The position numbers and the translations under genes were made by a program. From a virus: 64,000 nucleotides of DNA. Positions 21,056 to 30,906 of the stretch are shown here, piece after piece; the stretch's first letter is position 1; each line of letters opens with the position of its first letter. The notes below the pieces were generated by a model. It was given only the letters and a program-made list of their open reading frames with translations. It did no database searches and had not been told where the DNA came from. The stretch lies in IMG/VR virus record IMGVR_UViG_3300025849_000009; one strand, 5' to 3'.

Positions 21056-21461
21056 TGTTATCTATGAATCGAACATTGTCAAATTTACTTAAGACGCCTG
21101 TTTTTGGAAAGTCGCATCTATTAACCACAAGTAAATCTAATTCACAATCTTCTTCAACCATAGAGTTAATAAAGTCTCTGAAACCATTAACGGTATCTGC
21201 ACTTAAGGATTTAAACATATAAAGAATTTTAACATCATCGCGTTCATCTTTTGCATCTAAATCCCATAAAACCTTTTGAATACTTTTTCTAATGTATATA
21301 GAAATAATAACATTAGAAGGTTCGGCGTTATTAGGATCACTTTTAATCAAACGATTAAATATATCATAATAAGATACAGACAAATCATAGTCACCTTTTT
21401 TAGACAACTTATCAAACTCTGTCCTTGTTTTACACCAAACTCCTTCTATTTTTACATTCAT
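21048..21461 (-). CDS. Hypothetical protein
   Basis: 137-aa ORF overlapping its neighbours. Confidence 0.6.
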   Translation of the reverse strand: MNVKIEGVWCKTRTEFDKLSKKGDYDLSVSYYDIFNRLIKSDPNNAEPSNVIISIYIRKSIQKVLWDLDAKDERDDVKILYMFKSLSADTVNGFRDFINSMVEEDCELDLLVVNRCDFPKTGVLSKFDNVRFIDNND

Positions 21462-21784
21462 TATTTTAACATGGATCCAAGCCTTTTGATTTCTTTCTCT
21501 AAGATTTGGATTTTATTTTTAATTTCGCTGTCAGATGTACTTATGTGTTGTGCACCCCATCCAACATATATCTGAAGAAGATCATTATCTAATTCAGTTC
21601 CTACGTCCATTCCTAAATCAAATATCAAGTCTTTTATAAACTTAACTTGATTTGATCTTTTCATTGGCCCTTCAAATTCATAAACTTGACGAGCCTCAAA
21701 GTCTTCTCCACCCCCATTGATGTTATCATCAACTAGAGTTTTTATTACACCATTATCTGCGGGCTCAATACCAATACTTAACAT
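21461..21784 (-). CDS. Hypothetical protein
   Basis: 107-aa ORF with C-terminal coiled coil. Confidence 0.6.
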   Translation of the reverse strand: MLSIGIEPADNGVIKTLVDDNINGGGEDFEARQVYEFEGPMKRSNQVKFIKDLIFDLGMDVGTELDNDLLQIYVGWGAQHISTSDSEIKNKIQILEKEIKRLGSMLK

Positions 21785-21787
21785 ATA

Positions 21788-22201
21788 TTATTGTTTTCTA
21801 GATGCTAAAGAATCTTTAGCTTTTTTTCTTAGTTCTTTTGCTTCTTTTTTATCATCCTTCCAAGTAGATTTATCTTTTGCAAAGTGAATAGCTGCAGCCT
21901 CTTCTAATAATTCAATTTCTTTAGAATTATATCCAATCTCATACCAAGTTTCTTTCATGCTTTCTAATTTAACCATGAAGTCAGCTTCTAATTGTTTATC
22001 TATAGCTTCTTTTCTTATAGATTGAATATTAATACCGTTTTTCATATTTTCAGCTCTAAAGTTTGCACGAATAGGATCTAAGAAATTCTTTTTACTAAGA
22101 TACTTTAATACACCCTGTTGTTTTAATCTGTATCTACGTTCTCTGCGATTAGGAATCGCTTGAGTCTCTGTCTTTTGTGCTTGTGTTGTTTGTTCTTCCA
22201 T
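21788..22201 (-). CDS. Hypothetical basic helical protein
   Basis: 137-aa ORF with 'NRRERR' motif. Confidence 0.6.
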   Translation of the reverse strand: MEEQTTQAQKTETQAIPNRRERRYRLKQQGVLKYLSKKNFLDPIRANFRAENMKNGINIQSIRKEAIDKQLEADFMVKLESMKETWYEIGYNSKEIELLEEAAAIHFAKDKSTWKDDKKEAKELRKKAKDSLASRKQ

Positions 22202-22748
22202 TATAATAATTATTAATAAATGATTCGATTTGTTCTTTTAATTGCTCTCTTAGGTTATCTATCTGATCTTCTACGAGCGCTTCAATTTGGCTGTTTAAGT
22301 CCTTTTTAGTAATGTCCATTTGATCTTTAAGCAATGCATATATTTCTTTAGAAGGAATATTTATTTTAACAGGCATGGATGCCGTATTTTTTGCACTCAT
22401 TTTTTTGAGCATCTCTTGCATCACATTAATCTCAGCTATTGGTTCAGCATCTCTTCTTGGTCTTACTGGCCTTGCAGCTTCAGGTTCAGCATCTCTTCTT
22501 GGCCTTACTGGTCTTGCAGATTCTGTGTTTTCAGATACAATTCCACCAAAATCTTTTGCTATTTGATGTGCTTGATCTATATCAGCGGCTGGAAGTAAAA
22601 ATTCTGCAACAACATTCTTGTTACACCTAGTACCATCCGTAAATTCTAACCACTCTTTATCTGTTTGAATTTCAGATATTTCTACAACTTCACCCGATCT
22701 TTCTGATTTAACCCAAACATAAAATTGATTCGTTTCTTTTTTGCTCAT
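22149..22748 (-). CDS. Hypothetical protein with duplicated ARPVRPRRDAEP segment
   Basis: Start moved to M12 (MSKKETN) to avoid overlap; internal duplication at about 22441-22517. Confidence 0.6.
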   Translation of the reverse strand: MSKKETNQFYVWVKSERSGEVVEISEIQTDKEWLEFTDGTRCNKNVVAEFLLPAADIDQAHQIAKDFGGIVSENTESARPVRPRRDAEPEAARPVRPRRDAEPIAEINVMQEMLKKMSAKNTASMPVKINIPSKEIYALLKDQMDITKKDLNSQIEALVEDQIDNLREQLKEQIESFINNYYNGRTNNTSTKDRDSSDS

Positions 22749-22752
22749 GATT

Positions 22753-22983
22753 TTATTTATTAATATCTGTATCCATTTCATTTTTTACAAATATTTGTTT
22801 GTATTCATTATATGCGAAATCTGTAAAAGGTTTAATAAACGCATGTGATTCATTTGATCCAATAGTGGCGTCAGACTTTTGAAATCGTCTTAGCCAATGT
22901 TTACCAAATTCTATTTCACCTAAATTTTCTAATTGTTCTTTGAGTCTATCTACCTCTGGTAAGTTTAGTTTATTAAATCCCAT
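22753..22983 (-). CDS. Hypothetical protein
   Basis: 76-aa ORF filling the operon gap. Confidence 0.55.
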   Translation of the reverse strand: MGFNKLNLPEVDRLKEQLENLGEIEFGKHWLRRFQKSDATIGSNESHAFIKPFTDFAYNEYKQIFVKNEMDTDINK

Positions 22984-22994
22984 GTTATTTTATT

Positions 22995-23885
22995 TTAGTT
23001 ACCTCTTCTGTTGTTAGACCCGCTGCTTCTAGTTGTTGATCTAGAATTATTTGTAGGTCGTGTACTGTTGTTATATACAGGCCTTGTGTTATTGTTTCTA
23101 ATTACAGGCCTTGTATTATTGTTTCTAATAACTGGCACTCTCGGCTTCTCTCTAATAACTGGCACTCTCGGTTTCTCTCTAATAACTCTAGGCTTAGTAT
23201 TATTAACCGGGGTATTTTGATTCAGATACACTCTAGGTTTTGTATTAGTTCTAGTGTTATTAGTATTGGTTCTAGTTGTTCTAACTCTTCTATTACTAAC
23301 TACTTCATTACTAATTGAACCTCTTCTACCATTAACATTTACAGTATTTGATCTATATCTGTTTTGCCATGCATAGTTATTCATTTGGTTTCTCCAACCC
23401 CAGTTATTGTAATATCCATTCCAACCGTAATAGTTATTCCATCCATAACCATATCCATAACCCCAGTACACATTGCCCATCCAGTTATTATATCCCCATC
23501 TATCATATCCAAATGGTGACCATCTATGTGGTGTGAAACCCCATGCCCAGTCATTCCACATTCGATCTCTATCCCAGTAATTGTAATAGCTATAACCCCA
23601 GTTATTTCTATTCCAGTTATATCTAGTACCTAATAGACGATTGTTCCAATCAAATGATCTAGGTTGGCTTAATGCGTATCGAGCAAAATCCAATCTAAAA
23701 TTAAAATCTGTTCTTAATCTATTTCTAAATTGAAATTCACTTAAAGTATCAATCTTCACATCGTCTGCTACCACTATATAATTTTCATCATCATATATTG
23801 GATCGTGATTAAGCGTAGATAATTGCCAACTAGCTCCACAAGATGATAACATAATTAACGAGATAATTGCAAATAGTTTTTTCAT
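22995..23885 (-). CDS. Lipoprotein with W/Y/N/G-rich low-complexity core and R/N/T-rich tail
   Basis: Signal peptide MKKLFAIISLIMLSS-C (lipobox, Cys16). Confidence 0.75.
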   Translation of the reverse strand: MKKLFAIISLIMLSSCGASWQLSTLNHDPIYDDENYIVVADDVKIDTLSEFQFRNRLRTDFNFRLDFARYALSQPRSFDWNNRLLGTRYNWNRNNWGYSYYNYWDRDRMWNDWAWGFTPHRWSPFGYDRWGYNNWMGNVYWGYGYGYGWNNYYGWNGYYNNWGWRNQMNNYAWQNRYRSNTVNVNGRRGSISNEVVSNRRVRTTRTNTNNTRTNTKPRVYLNQNTPVNNTKPRVIREKPRVPVIREKPRVPVIRNNNTRPVIRNNNTRPVYNNSTRPTNNSRSTTRSSGSNNRRGN

Positions 23886-23896
23886 AATAATAGATT

Positions 23897-25627
23897 TTAT
23901 TTTATAGTCTTAACCCTCTCTGTGAAACTTGGAGGAAAGAACCCTGGTTTATATATCAAACTCCTGAAGCACGCATCCAAAACATATGTCACTGCCCAGT
24001 CATTCTCATTTCTTACAGACCTTCCAACACCTTGCATAATACTGATTCCAGTTTTCCAATCATACCACTCATTTGACGTTTGCATTTTAGCTTTAATTAA
24101 AGGATCACCTAATGATGGGTATGGAACTTTAAAGAATATTTGAAATCTACTAATATCATCTTTTAAATCTAAACCTTCTAATAAAGACGGTCCCATTAAT
24201 ACGGCACCCTCTTTCTTTTTAAATAAATCTAACATTACCGATTTCTCTTTGGAGTTTTCATAATCCATGAGTCTAAATGTATGTTTAGAATTTTGTTTTA
24301 TAAAATTAGTAAATGCATAAGATCCAGTGTGTATAACGCCACGCTGACCTTTATGTTTAGATATAATCTGATCTAAGATTTCTACAACTTTAGGTAAACT
24401 TTTTTCTCTTTCTCTAAAAGAAAGTTTATGTCTATTAACAAATACAATAGGAGATTTATCATAATTAAACACATTGTCCATTCTGATAAACTTAGCATTC
24501 TTAATTCCCATTATTTTAATAAATGCTTTAGGATCTCCAATAGTTGCACTCATAAAAACTTTAAAGTCAGCCTTCTCGTGCAAATATTTGTTAATCATTA
24601 AACTTTCTTCTACACACATGAATTTTGCTTCATGTTCATTTTGATCTAAAACCATTTTATCGATTCCAACTTCTTTGATTAAACTCAAATAATCTTCAAC
24701 TTTACAATGAACGTCCTTAAGTCTATCAAAATGTCCAAATGAAGTTTGCCAATCTTTTGGTACTCCAGTATTTCCATATCTTCTCTTAGCTAATTTATTA
24801 GCAACCTTTCTAACTTTACCAAAACCATGCAATATTCTTTCAAATTCACTCATGGCCGAAAACACGTCATGTTTATCTCCAGACATCATTTCATTTACGA
24901 GATGTTGTATTTTATTTTTTGTGTATGTGGCTTCTTGAAATCCTTGTCTACTTGCAAATCTATTTAAAGTTACCATTTTATCTACAATAGTCTGATCTAT
25001 TCTAGGACTAAAATGACTTTGAACTATATCATCAACTCTATGTGCTTCGTCAAAGAAAACAAAATCACGTTGTTCAAATGGGATTGTTCTTTCTTCTTGT
25101 TCCATTTTGGCTTCAACATAATTTCTTTGAATTAACCAAAAAGAATAATTTAATAATGAGACTGGTTGATCTATTGCTCGCCGCCTATTCTGAAGGTATT
25201 CACATGATCCATAACATGACAAAGATTCTGCTTGTTCATATCCCATTCCTTTTAGTTTGCAATCTCCGAGTGAAAATGGCAAACCATTAACGGAGCATTC
25301 ATAATTATCAACACCCTTAATTGATGGCCATCGTAATCCATATTTATAAAAGTCAGACTCATACTGATCTTGGAGACTCAGGTCGCTAGTAACCATATAA
25401 CCTCTATTACCAAGTTCTTTTAATACATGTGCTGACCACATCGCTATAAGTGATTTACCAGCACCAGTGGGTGCGTCAATAACTAATGTTGATTTTGGAT
25501 CTTCTAAATATGTTTCACATATCTTAGTAACAATTTCTCTTTGTCCTTTTCTAAATGTAAAGGATTTTCCAAATACATTTTCGTCTAATGTTTTTTGAAT
25601 AATTTGATCTATAGATCGTTCCAACAT
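23897..25627 (-). CDS. DinG/Rad3-like SF2 helicase
   Basis: Q motif 'FRKGQ', Walker A 'APTGAGKS', DEAH, Cys cluster, 'EGLD...KVPYP', 'QGVGRSVR'. Confidence 0.9.
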   Translation of the reverse strand: MLERSIDQIIQKTLDENVFGKSFTFRKGQREIVTKICETYLEDPKSTLVIDAPTGAGKSLIAMWSAHVLKELGNRGYMVTSDLSLQDQYESDFYKYGLRWPSIKGVDNYECSVNGLPFSLGDCKLKGMGYEQAESLSCYGSCEYLQNRRRAIDQPVSLLNYSFWLIQRNYVEAKMEQEERTIPFEQRDFVFFDEAHRVDDIVQSHFSPRIDQTIVDKMVTLNRFASRQGFQEATYTKNKIQHLVNEMMSGDKHDVFSAMSEFERILHGFGKVRKVANKLAKRRYGNTGVPKDWQTSFGHFDRLKDVHCKVEDYLSLIKEVGIDKMVLDQNEHEAKFMCVEESLMINKYLHEKADFKVFMSATIGDPKAFIKIMGIKNAKFIRMDNVFNYDKSPIVFVNRHKLSFREREKSLPKVVEILDQIISKHKGQRGVIHTGSYAFTNFIKQNSKHTFRLMDYENSKEKSVMLDLFKKKEGAVLMGPSLLEGLDLKDDISRFQIFFKVPYPSLGDPLIKAKMQTSNEWYDWKTGISIMQGVGRSVRNENDWAVTYVLDACFRSLIYKPGFFPPSFTERVKTIK

Positions 25628-26115
25628 ATAACTTCATTTACTTCGATACCAGCTTTCCTTAATAATTCTACTCCACCCATATCTCTATAGTCTTCTGAAT
25701 AAAATACTCGCTTAATACCTGATTGAATAATTAATTTTGCACAGTCAAAACATGGACATGTAGTCACGTACATGTCTGCTCCTTCAGAAGAAAGAGTAGA
25801 TTTACTGATTTTTGCCAAAGCATTTGATTCTGCATGTAATACTTCTCGTTTAGTTACCTCTTTGGAACAACACACACCTTCGCATTCATATCCTTTTTCA
25901 ATTAGTATCTGCATGTGGTCAGGATTATCTACATACCTGATTTGTTCCTCTTCACAATCATTATCAAAGTCATATGGCGTACCGTTATAACCTGTTGATA
26001 TAATCTGAGTATCTTTTACAATAATACATCCAACGCGCCTACGTTTAGCGTAAGATAATTTGGCTATTTGATAAGCCATTTGCATGTATATTAATTCTAC
26101 TGGAATTCTAGGCAT
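25609..26115 (-). CDS. dCMP deaminase (ComEB family)
   Basis: 'HAESNA' and 'PCFDC' zinc motifs, 'GYNG'; likely start MPRIP at 26115. Confidence 0.92.
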   Translation of the reverse strand: MPRIPVELIYMQMAYQIAKLSYAKRRRVGCIIVKDTQIISTGYNGTPYDFDNDCEEEQIRYVDNPDHMQILIEKGYECEGVCCSKEVTKREVLHAESNALAKISKSTLSSEGADMYVTTCPCFDCAKLIIQSGIKRVFYSEDYRDMGGVELLRKAGIEVNEVICWNDL

Positions 26116-26129
26116 ATTGTCTCTTAAAT

Positions 26130-26162
26130 AAAAAGGGTCCATGTATTATACATGAACCCTTT
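26130..26162 (-). terminator. Intrinsic terminator
   Basis: AAAGGGTTCATGTA-TAA-TACATGGACCCTTTTT on the - strand after 26190..26696. Confidence 0.6.
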
Positions 26163-26189
26163 AAAAAGTTTAATCCGATGATACTTGGA

Positions 26190-26696
26190 TTATTTTGCTT
26201 CGTACATTTCTTTAAGCTCATCAATCTTTTTATTGTAAGCTTCTTTGATACCGTTTAGACATGCTTCGTACATTTCTTTAGTAAGTCCTTCTCCATGTAT
26301 CTCAGCGTTCGCATCTTCTGCTGACTGAGCAACTAATGTTGCAGCTAATGCTGCGTTTTCTTTAAGGTAAGACTCAACTGTGTGGTCAGGATAGTCATCT
26401 CCTTCATAGTCACATGCTTCTTTGACAGCACACTCATATGCTTCTGTCATCATTTCTGAAACTGCCTTTACAACCTCTTCCTCTTTTTCAACTTCTTCAG
26501 CCTCTTCAACGTCTTCAGTTTCTTCTTCAGTTTCAGTTTCTTCTTCAGTTTCTTTTTCGTCTTCGCCCTCTTTTTCTACTTCGATTTCATAATCTCCGTC
26601 TACTTTAATTTCGATTTCGTCTTCAGCTAACTTATCTGTATCCGCTAGATTTTTATTAGCAGCATACTCTTCGAATGATAATATTTTTTTGTCCAT
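26190..26696 (-). CDS. Acidic putative capsid-internal/core protein
   Basis: Glu-rich; N-terminus 'ILSFEEY' is CTS-like. Confidence 0.55.
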   Translation of the reverse strand: MDKKILSFEEYAANKNLADTDKLAEDEIEIKVDGDYEIEVEKEGEDEKETEEETETEEETEDVEEAEEVEKEEEVVKAVSEMMTEAYECAVKEACDYEGDDYPDHTVESYLKENAALAATLVAQSAEDANAEIHGEGLTKEMYEACLNGIKEAYNKKIDELKEMYEAK

Positions 26697-26731
26697 GTTA
26701 TGTTGTTATTTTTATTATATATCTTAGTATA

Positions 26732-27214
26732 TTATAGTGTTTCTATTTTATTGTTTTTCATCCAAGTTGATAATTCACTTTCTGCTCTATCAAAAAGTCT
26801 ATTTCTGTTAATACTTAATCCAAAATTATTAAAGTATTCTTTCATTAAATAGTATGCAGGTTCTACTGATTCTCCATTAGCAACCATATCACTCACATGT
26901 TTTGAAACTTCATATGCATAATACGCGGCTTTTTCTGCCATAGGGTTTGTCATTGCATTATAAAAATCTCCACCGTAAAATTTACCTACAGTTTCTCCAA
27001 ACTTTTGTTTCATTTCTATCCATGAAATCCCTTCTAATCCAATCCATAATTTAGCTTGGACCGCCTTAGTGTCTTTTCTAATAAAACCTTCTTTTGCCAT
27101 ACCCTTAGTTATCTCTAGGATTTTCTTAGGAATTGGTAATTTGCCATTATCTTTTTCCCATGCTTTGATTTCTTTATCATTTACAAATGATTCAAATAAT
27201 TTTATGTATTTCAT
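26732..27214 (-). CDS. Putative capsid-internal protein (MKYIKLFE leader)
   Basis: N-terminus MKYIKLFESFVND shared with neighbours. Confidence 0.6.
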   Translation of the reverse strand: MKYIKLFESFVNDKEIKAWEKDNGKLPIPKKILEITKGMAKEGFIRKDTKAVQAKLWIGLEGISWIEMKQKFGETVGKFYGGDFYNAMTNPMAEKAAYYAYEVSKHVSDMVANGESVEPAYYLMKEYFNNFGLSINRNRLFDRAESELSTWMKNNKIETL

Positions 27215-27220
27215 ATCGAT

Positions 27221-27907
27221 TTATGCCTTAGACCTTTTTTTTACTGTTTTGAGTTTCGCCTTTAGGGCTAATTGGTTTTTTTGAACAGCTATTTTCATGC
27301 CATCAACAGAAGTTTGTTGCATTTTTGATTTTAATAATGCAGTTTCTATTTTATCAGCAGGTTCTTTTGATTTATCTTTAGATTTTTTATTTATCAGTTC
27401 AACAAAATCTTTGTTCTTCTTAGATAAACCTTTTTGTTTTTTAGTAAGATCTTTTATTTTTTGTTTATCGCTTTTTGGTTTACTCTTCTTTTTCTCTAGA
27501 ATAAATTTATCTAAAGATAAAACGTTAACCATTTCTTCAACTTTACCCATCTTTTTTGATAGTTCCATTGCCCAATCAACTCCTTCGTCTCCGCCCCATA
27601 TTAACCAAGAAACATAACCTTTATCTTTCCATGGAGTTTCTTTTAATTCGGGCTTAATAGATGAATTTTTTCTATGTCTATTAAATGAAGCCATACGCTT
27701 TACTGTATCACCAGATATGTTTTCACCTTTAGCTAATTGATGTGCTCTTGCCCAACCAACTGCAGTTCCAGCATCCACTTCTTCACGACCATGTTTTTCT
27801 TTCCAATCGATAGCCATTTGAGCATTTTTCTTTGCTGCTTCTGGATAATCGTTGTAAGTATCATCATCTCTGACTTCAGATTCTAAAAACAATTTAATAT
27901 ACTTCAT
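27221..27907 (-). CDS. Putative capsid-internal protein with phage head-associated 'GT.VGW.RA.QLA...WGG' domain and Lys-rich tail
   Basis: MKYIKLFLESE leader; 'GTAVGWARAHQLAKGENIS.DTVKRMASF...WLIWGG'. Confidence 0.65.
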   Translation of the reverse strand: MKYIKLFLESEVRDDDTYNDYPEAAKKNAQMAIDWKEKHGREEVDAGTAVGWARAHQLAKGENISGDTVKRMASFNRHRKNSSIKPELKETPWKDKGYVSWLIWGGDEGVDWAMELSKKMGKVEEMVNVLSLDKFILEKKKSKPKSDKQKIKDLTKKQKGLSKKNKDFVELINKKSKDKSKEPADKIETALLKSKMQQTSVDGMKIAVQKNQLALKAKLKTVKKRSKA

Positions 27908-27910
27908 GTA

Positions 27911-30439
27911 TTATATATTGTTATTTCTATGTGATTGATCAAAGTGATTCTGTTCCTTTAGCTCTTTATCATGTCCTTCGTCTCTAACTTCTTTAGCAAC
28001 ATCTTTGTCAGCATCTCCCCAAGTTCCTTTACCTTTTGTTAAAAATGCATTTACTCGAGCGTATCCCCATTGTTGTTCAGTTGCACCCGGCCTATGACCA
28101 GTTTTCCATGCCGCCATTCCTCTTCTCATAATAATTCTAATAATTCCAATTGGTACACCGGTTTCTTCTGATTTTGTCTTAAGTGCTTTTTCAATTTTAG
28201 GATCACTGATTGGACCTCTATCACCTTCAACCTTTTCTAAAATATCACATTCTGCTAATTCTTCTTGAGCAAACTCATTATATTCTTTAGCCCACGCTTT
28301 CCATTTAGATGGTCTAGCATAATCAGATAAAATCATATCGATAGCATCTGGTTGAGAAATCTGAGAATTAATATCATTCCATACTTTATCTGCTAACCAT
28401 CTACCAGCTTTTGCGTTTAAATAAGATAGGGCTCCAGCGTCTGAGAATTTCCAACTCTTAGTTAGTATTCCCCACACATCGTTCCATATTTCTTCAATCT
28501 CATAAGAGTCCATATGAACATCTAAAGTTCCCCAAAATCCATACATTTGATTGATGTCATCTGTATTATATTGTAACTTTTTGCCGAATTTAAAATTAGG
28601 CACTCTACTTTCTGTAATTAAATCTTCATTTAATGTTTTTAATAAAGAATTAAAAAATCTAGGTGATAAAGACTCTACGAATCCTCTTTCTTCAGCATCG
28701 TTCTGTATCCACTCTTTGTCTTTAGAAGAAAGCTTTTCATAATCTTTATTAAATCTATGATGCGATATTAAATCATAGATATCTTCTAAATTATAATTAC
28801 CTTCATTGGCCTTTCTCATGTCGATCCAAACTCTAATAATATCTGCATAATCTTTGGCAGTTAATTTAGTTTTATTTCCATGAGTTGTTCTATCATTAAG
28901 ATCGAACATCTGCTTAGCAAACTTATCGATATTACCTGATTTAAAATATAACGTAGCTCTTTGTCTTCCATTATCTAATAATTCAAAAGTTTCTTCTTTT
29001 TCATCATGTGGATCTAATCTCCAACCAGCTGAATGATTAACTCTAATATCTAAACCACTAGAATTACTATCAACAACTACAGTCCAATGACCAGAAGACT
29101 GATATGTTTTTCCTTTAGCATACTTGATTTTCTCTTCGTTAACTAATGATTCATATACTAAATATCCATTAGATCTAGCAAAAACATTAGACTCATCGTT
29201 CCACTGTTCTTTAGTACTACTTATTGAAATTTGTATATAATTCTTTGCACCTAAATCTGGCTGTATAAGAAAAACTAAATCATCACTACCAACATAAAGA
29301 TCCCAATTTCTACCTGATTTTTGAGTTAGTAATAATTGAAAATTAGAATCTAATTCCTTTTTAAGTTCTCTTGTATTTGGAAAGCTTCCACGACCCGTAG
29401 AAAAACCATCTCTGTATTCTAGTTCATCTCCAAAAGAAAGTTGATCTACGAATTTTTGTAATCTTTCTTCTTCATCATTCTCAAAATAAAACTCATTAAC
29501 TACTGATTCAACACTAGTTGCTTCATTGGCAGATTCTAAAATAATAGAATTTAGTCTTACTTCTTTTTGAAATCTACCACTACGTACATCGTCAGTTACT
29601 TCTAACTTAACACCATACATTGCTGTTAATTTTACTTTTACTTTTTTACCATTATGTTCCGCTTCAAATTCTTTAAATGCATTTGCTTGTCGACCATAAT
29701 CTGTAATTTCATATTCTCCATCTTCTGTATCAAATATAGTACCTATGCTAAGTTTCCTAAGAATCTTTGCACCCATCATTGATATTTTAGAAGAAGATAT
29801 GGTTTTTCTTTCAGTAACTAATGATTCTAATATCTTTGAATTTTTATCTATTGAAAAAATAGTTTCTTTTTTTCTTATAATAGAAATTCCCTTGAATGTC
29901 GATTTGTTAAAATATTTGTTACTTCTGTTCTCATATCTTTTTAATGAAGAGTGATCTGCAAACACACCGCCTGGAATGTTGTATATGATAGTTCCCTTTG
30001 GTAACACTATATTTGTATAATTGCCAATTTGAACACCTTCAACATCTTTTTTTAATTCATATTTTCTATTATCTAAATTATATGTACCTCCACTCATAGT
30101 GCCTGAGTTTGGTCTAAATGTTGCTTCATCTAGCGACTCGTCTTTTTTATCACCATATAATTCATGATATTTCTTTACATGTTTAGATGTTTTAACTTCA
30201 CCCTTTTCTCTAGCTTCCTTATCACCTGGCATTTCTTTATATGCGCTGGAATCATCGTCAGCCATGTCTGATTGTTTTTTTATCTGATCTTTTTTATCTT
30301 CAATCTCATTATCGTCTAACCCTCTATGATATGGTTTTGGACCTGGTTTTGCTTCTGACAAATAATATGCGGTATACTCTTCTCTTGTCATGTTTAGTTT
30401 TGCAGCTTGCACTCCTAGGAAATCGTTAAAATTGCTCAT
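27911..30439 (-). CDS. Multidomain putative capsid-internal polyprotein with C-terminal DUF5824-like domain
   Basis: Likely start M26 (30439); 'LKTKSEETGVPIGII..RRGMAAWKTGHRPGATEQQWGYARVNAFL'; repeated ES(L/V)xxE junctions. Confidence 0.65.
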   Translation of the reverse strand: MSNFNDFLGVQAAKLNMTREEYTAYYLSEAKPGPKPYHRGLDDNEIEDKKDQIKKQSDMADDDSSAYKEMPGDKEAREKGEVKTSKHVKKYHELYGDKKDESLDEATFRPNSGTMSGGTYNLDNRKYELKKDVEGVQIGNYTNIVLPKGTIIYNIPGGVFADHSSLKRYENRSNKYFNKSTFKGISIIRKKETIFSIDKNSKILESLVTERKTISSSKISMMGAKILRKLSIGTIFDTEDGEYEITDYGRQANAFKEFEAEHNGKKVKVKLTAMYGVKLEVTDDVRSGRFQKEVRLNSIILESANEATSVESVVNEFYFENDEEERLQKFVDQLSFGDELEYRDGFSTGRGSFPNTRELKKELDSNFQLLLTQKSGRNWDLYVGSDDLVFLIQPDLGAKNYIQISISSTKEQWNDESNVFARSNGYLVYESLVNEEKIKYAKGKTYQSSGHWTVVVDSNSSGLDIRVNHSAGWRLDPHDEKEETFELLDNGRQRATLYFKSGNIDKFAKQMFDLNDRTTHGNKTKLTAKDYADIIRVWIDMRKANEGNYNLEDIYDLISHHRFNKDYEKLSSKDKEWIQNDAEERGFVESLSPRFFNSLLKTLNEDLITESRVPNFKFGKKLQYNTDDINQMYGFWGTLDVHMDSYEIEEIWNDVWGILTKSWKFSDAGALSYLNAKAGRWLADKVWNDINSQISQPDAIDMILSDYARPSKWKAWAKEYNEFAQEELAECDILEKVEGDRGPISDPKIEKALKTKSEETGVPIGIIRIIMRRGMAAWKTGHRPGATEQQWGYARVNAFLTKGKGTWGDADKDVAKEVRDEGHDKELKEQNHFDQSHRNNNI

Positions 30440-30449
30440 GTTGTTTTTA

Positions 30450-30905
30450 TTATTTTGGTAATCTAACCATAGTATCTTTAGTTTGGCTCTTATCCGTATT
30501 CTTGACAAAATCAAAGTTTTTATAAAACTTATTTAATCTAGAAATAGAAGTTGCTCCAAAATCTTTAGAAGGTGTTAGATATATTTTTAAATTTTGTGTG
30601 TCAGCATAGTCAGTAATTCTTGACATAACCTTAGAACCGATCCCTTTATCACGATCCTCTTTTTTTACTTTTATTTTACTAAGTTGTAGGTACTTACCAT
30701 TATCATATAAATCTAATTCTATATTGAATTGATCTTCTAATTCTTGTAAGATGAATTGTTCTCCTAAAATAGGTGTATTATCATGATTACATTTATGACA
30801 AATAAACACATCGTGTCCACCCTCTTCTATTTCCCAAGACCAACCACAGTTATCACAAGATACTTTGTTTGCCGTAAACTCCTCGAATAGTTTTATATAT
30901 TTCAT
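30450..30905 (-). CDS. GNAT acetyltransferase with N-terminal Zn-ribbon and MKYIKLFEEF leader
   Basis: CxxC...CxxC; acetyl-CoA motif 'RDKGIGSKVM'; 'RLNKFYKNFDF'. Confidence 0.8.
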   Translation of the reverse strand: MKYIKLFEEFTANKVSCDNCGWSWEIEEGGHDVFICHKCNHDNTPILGEQFILQELEDQFNIELDLYDNGKYLQLSKIKVKKEDRDKGIGSKVMSRITDYADTQNLKIYLTPSKDFGATSISRLNKFYKNFDFVKNTDKSQTKDTMVRLPK

Positions 30906-30906
30906 A

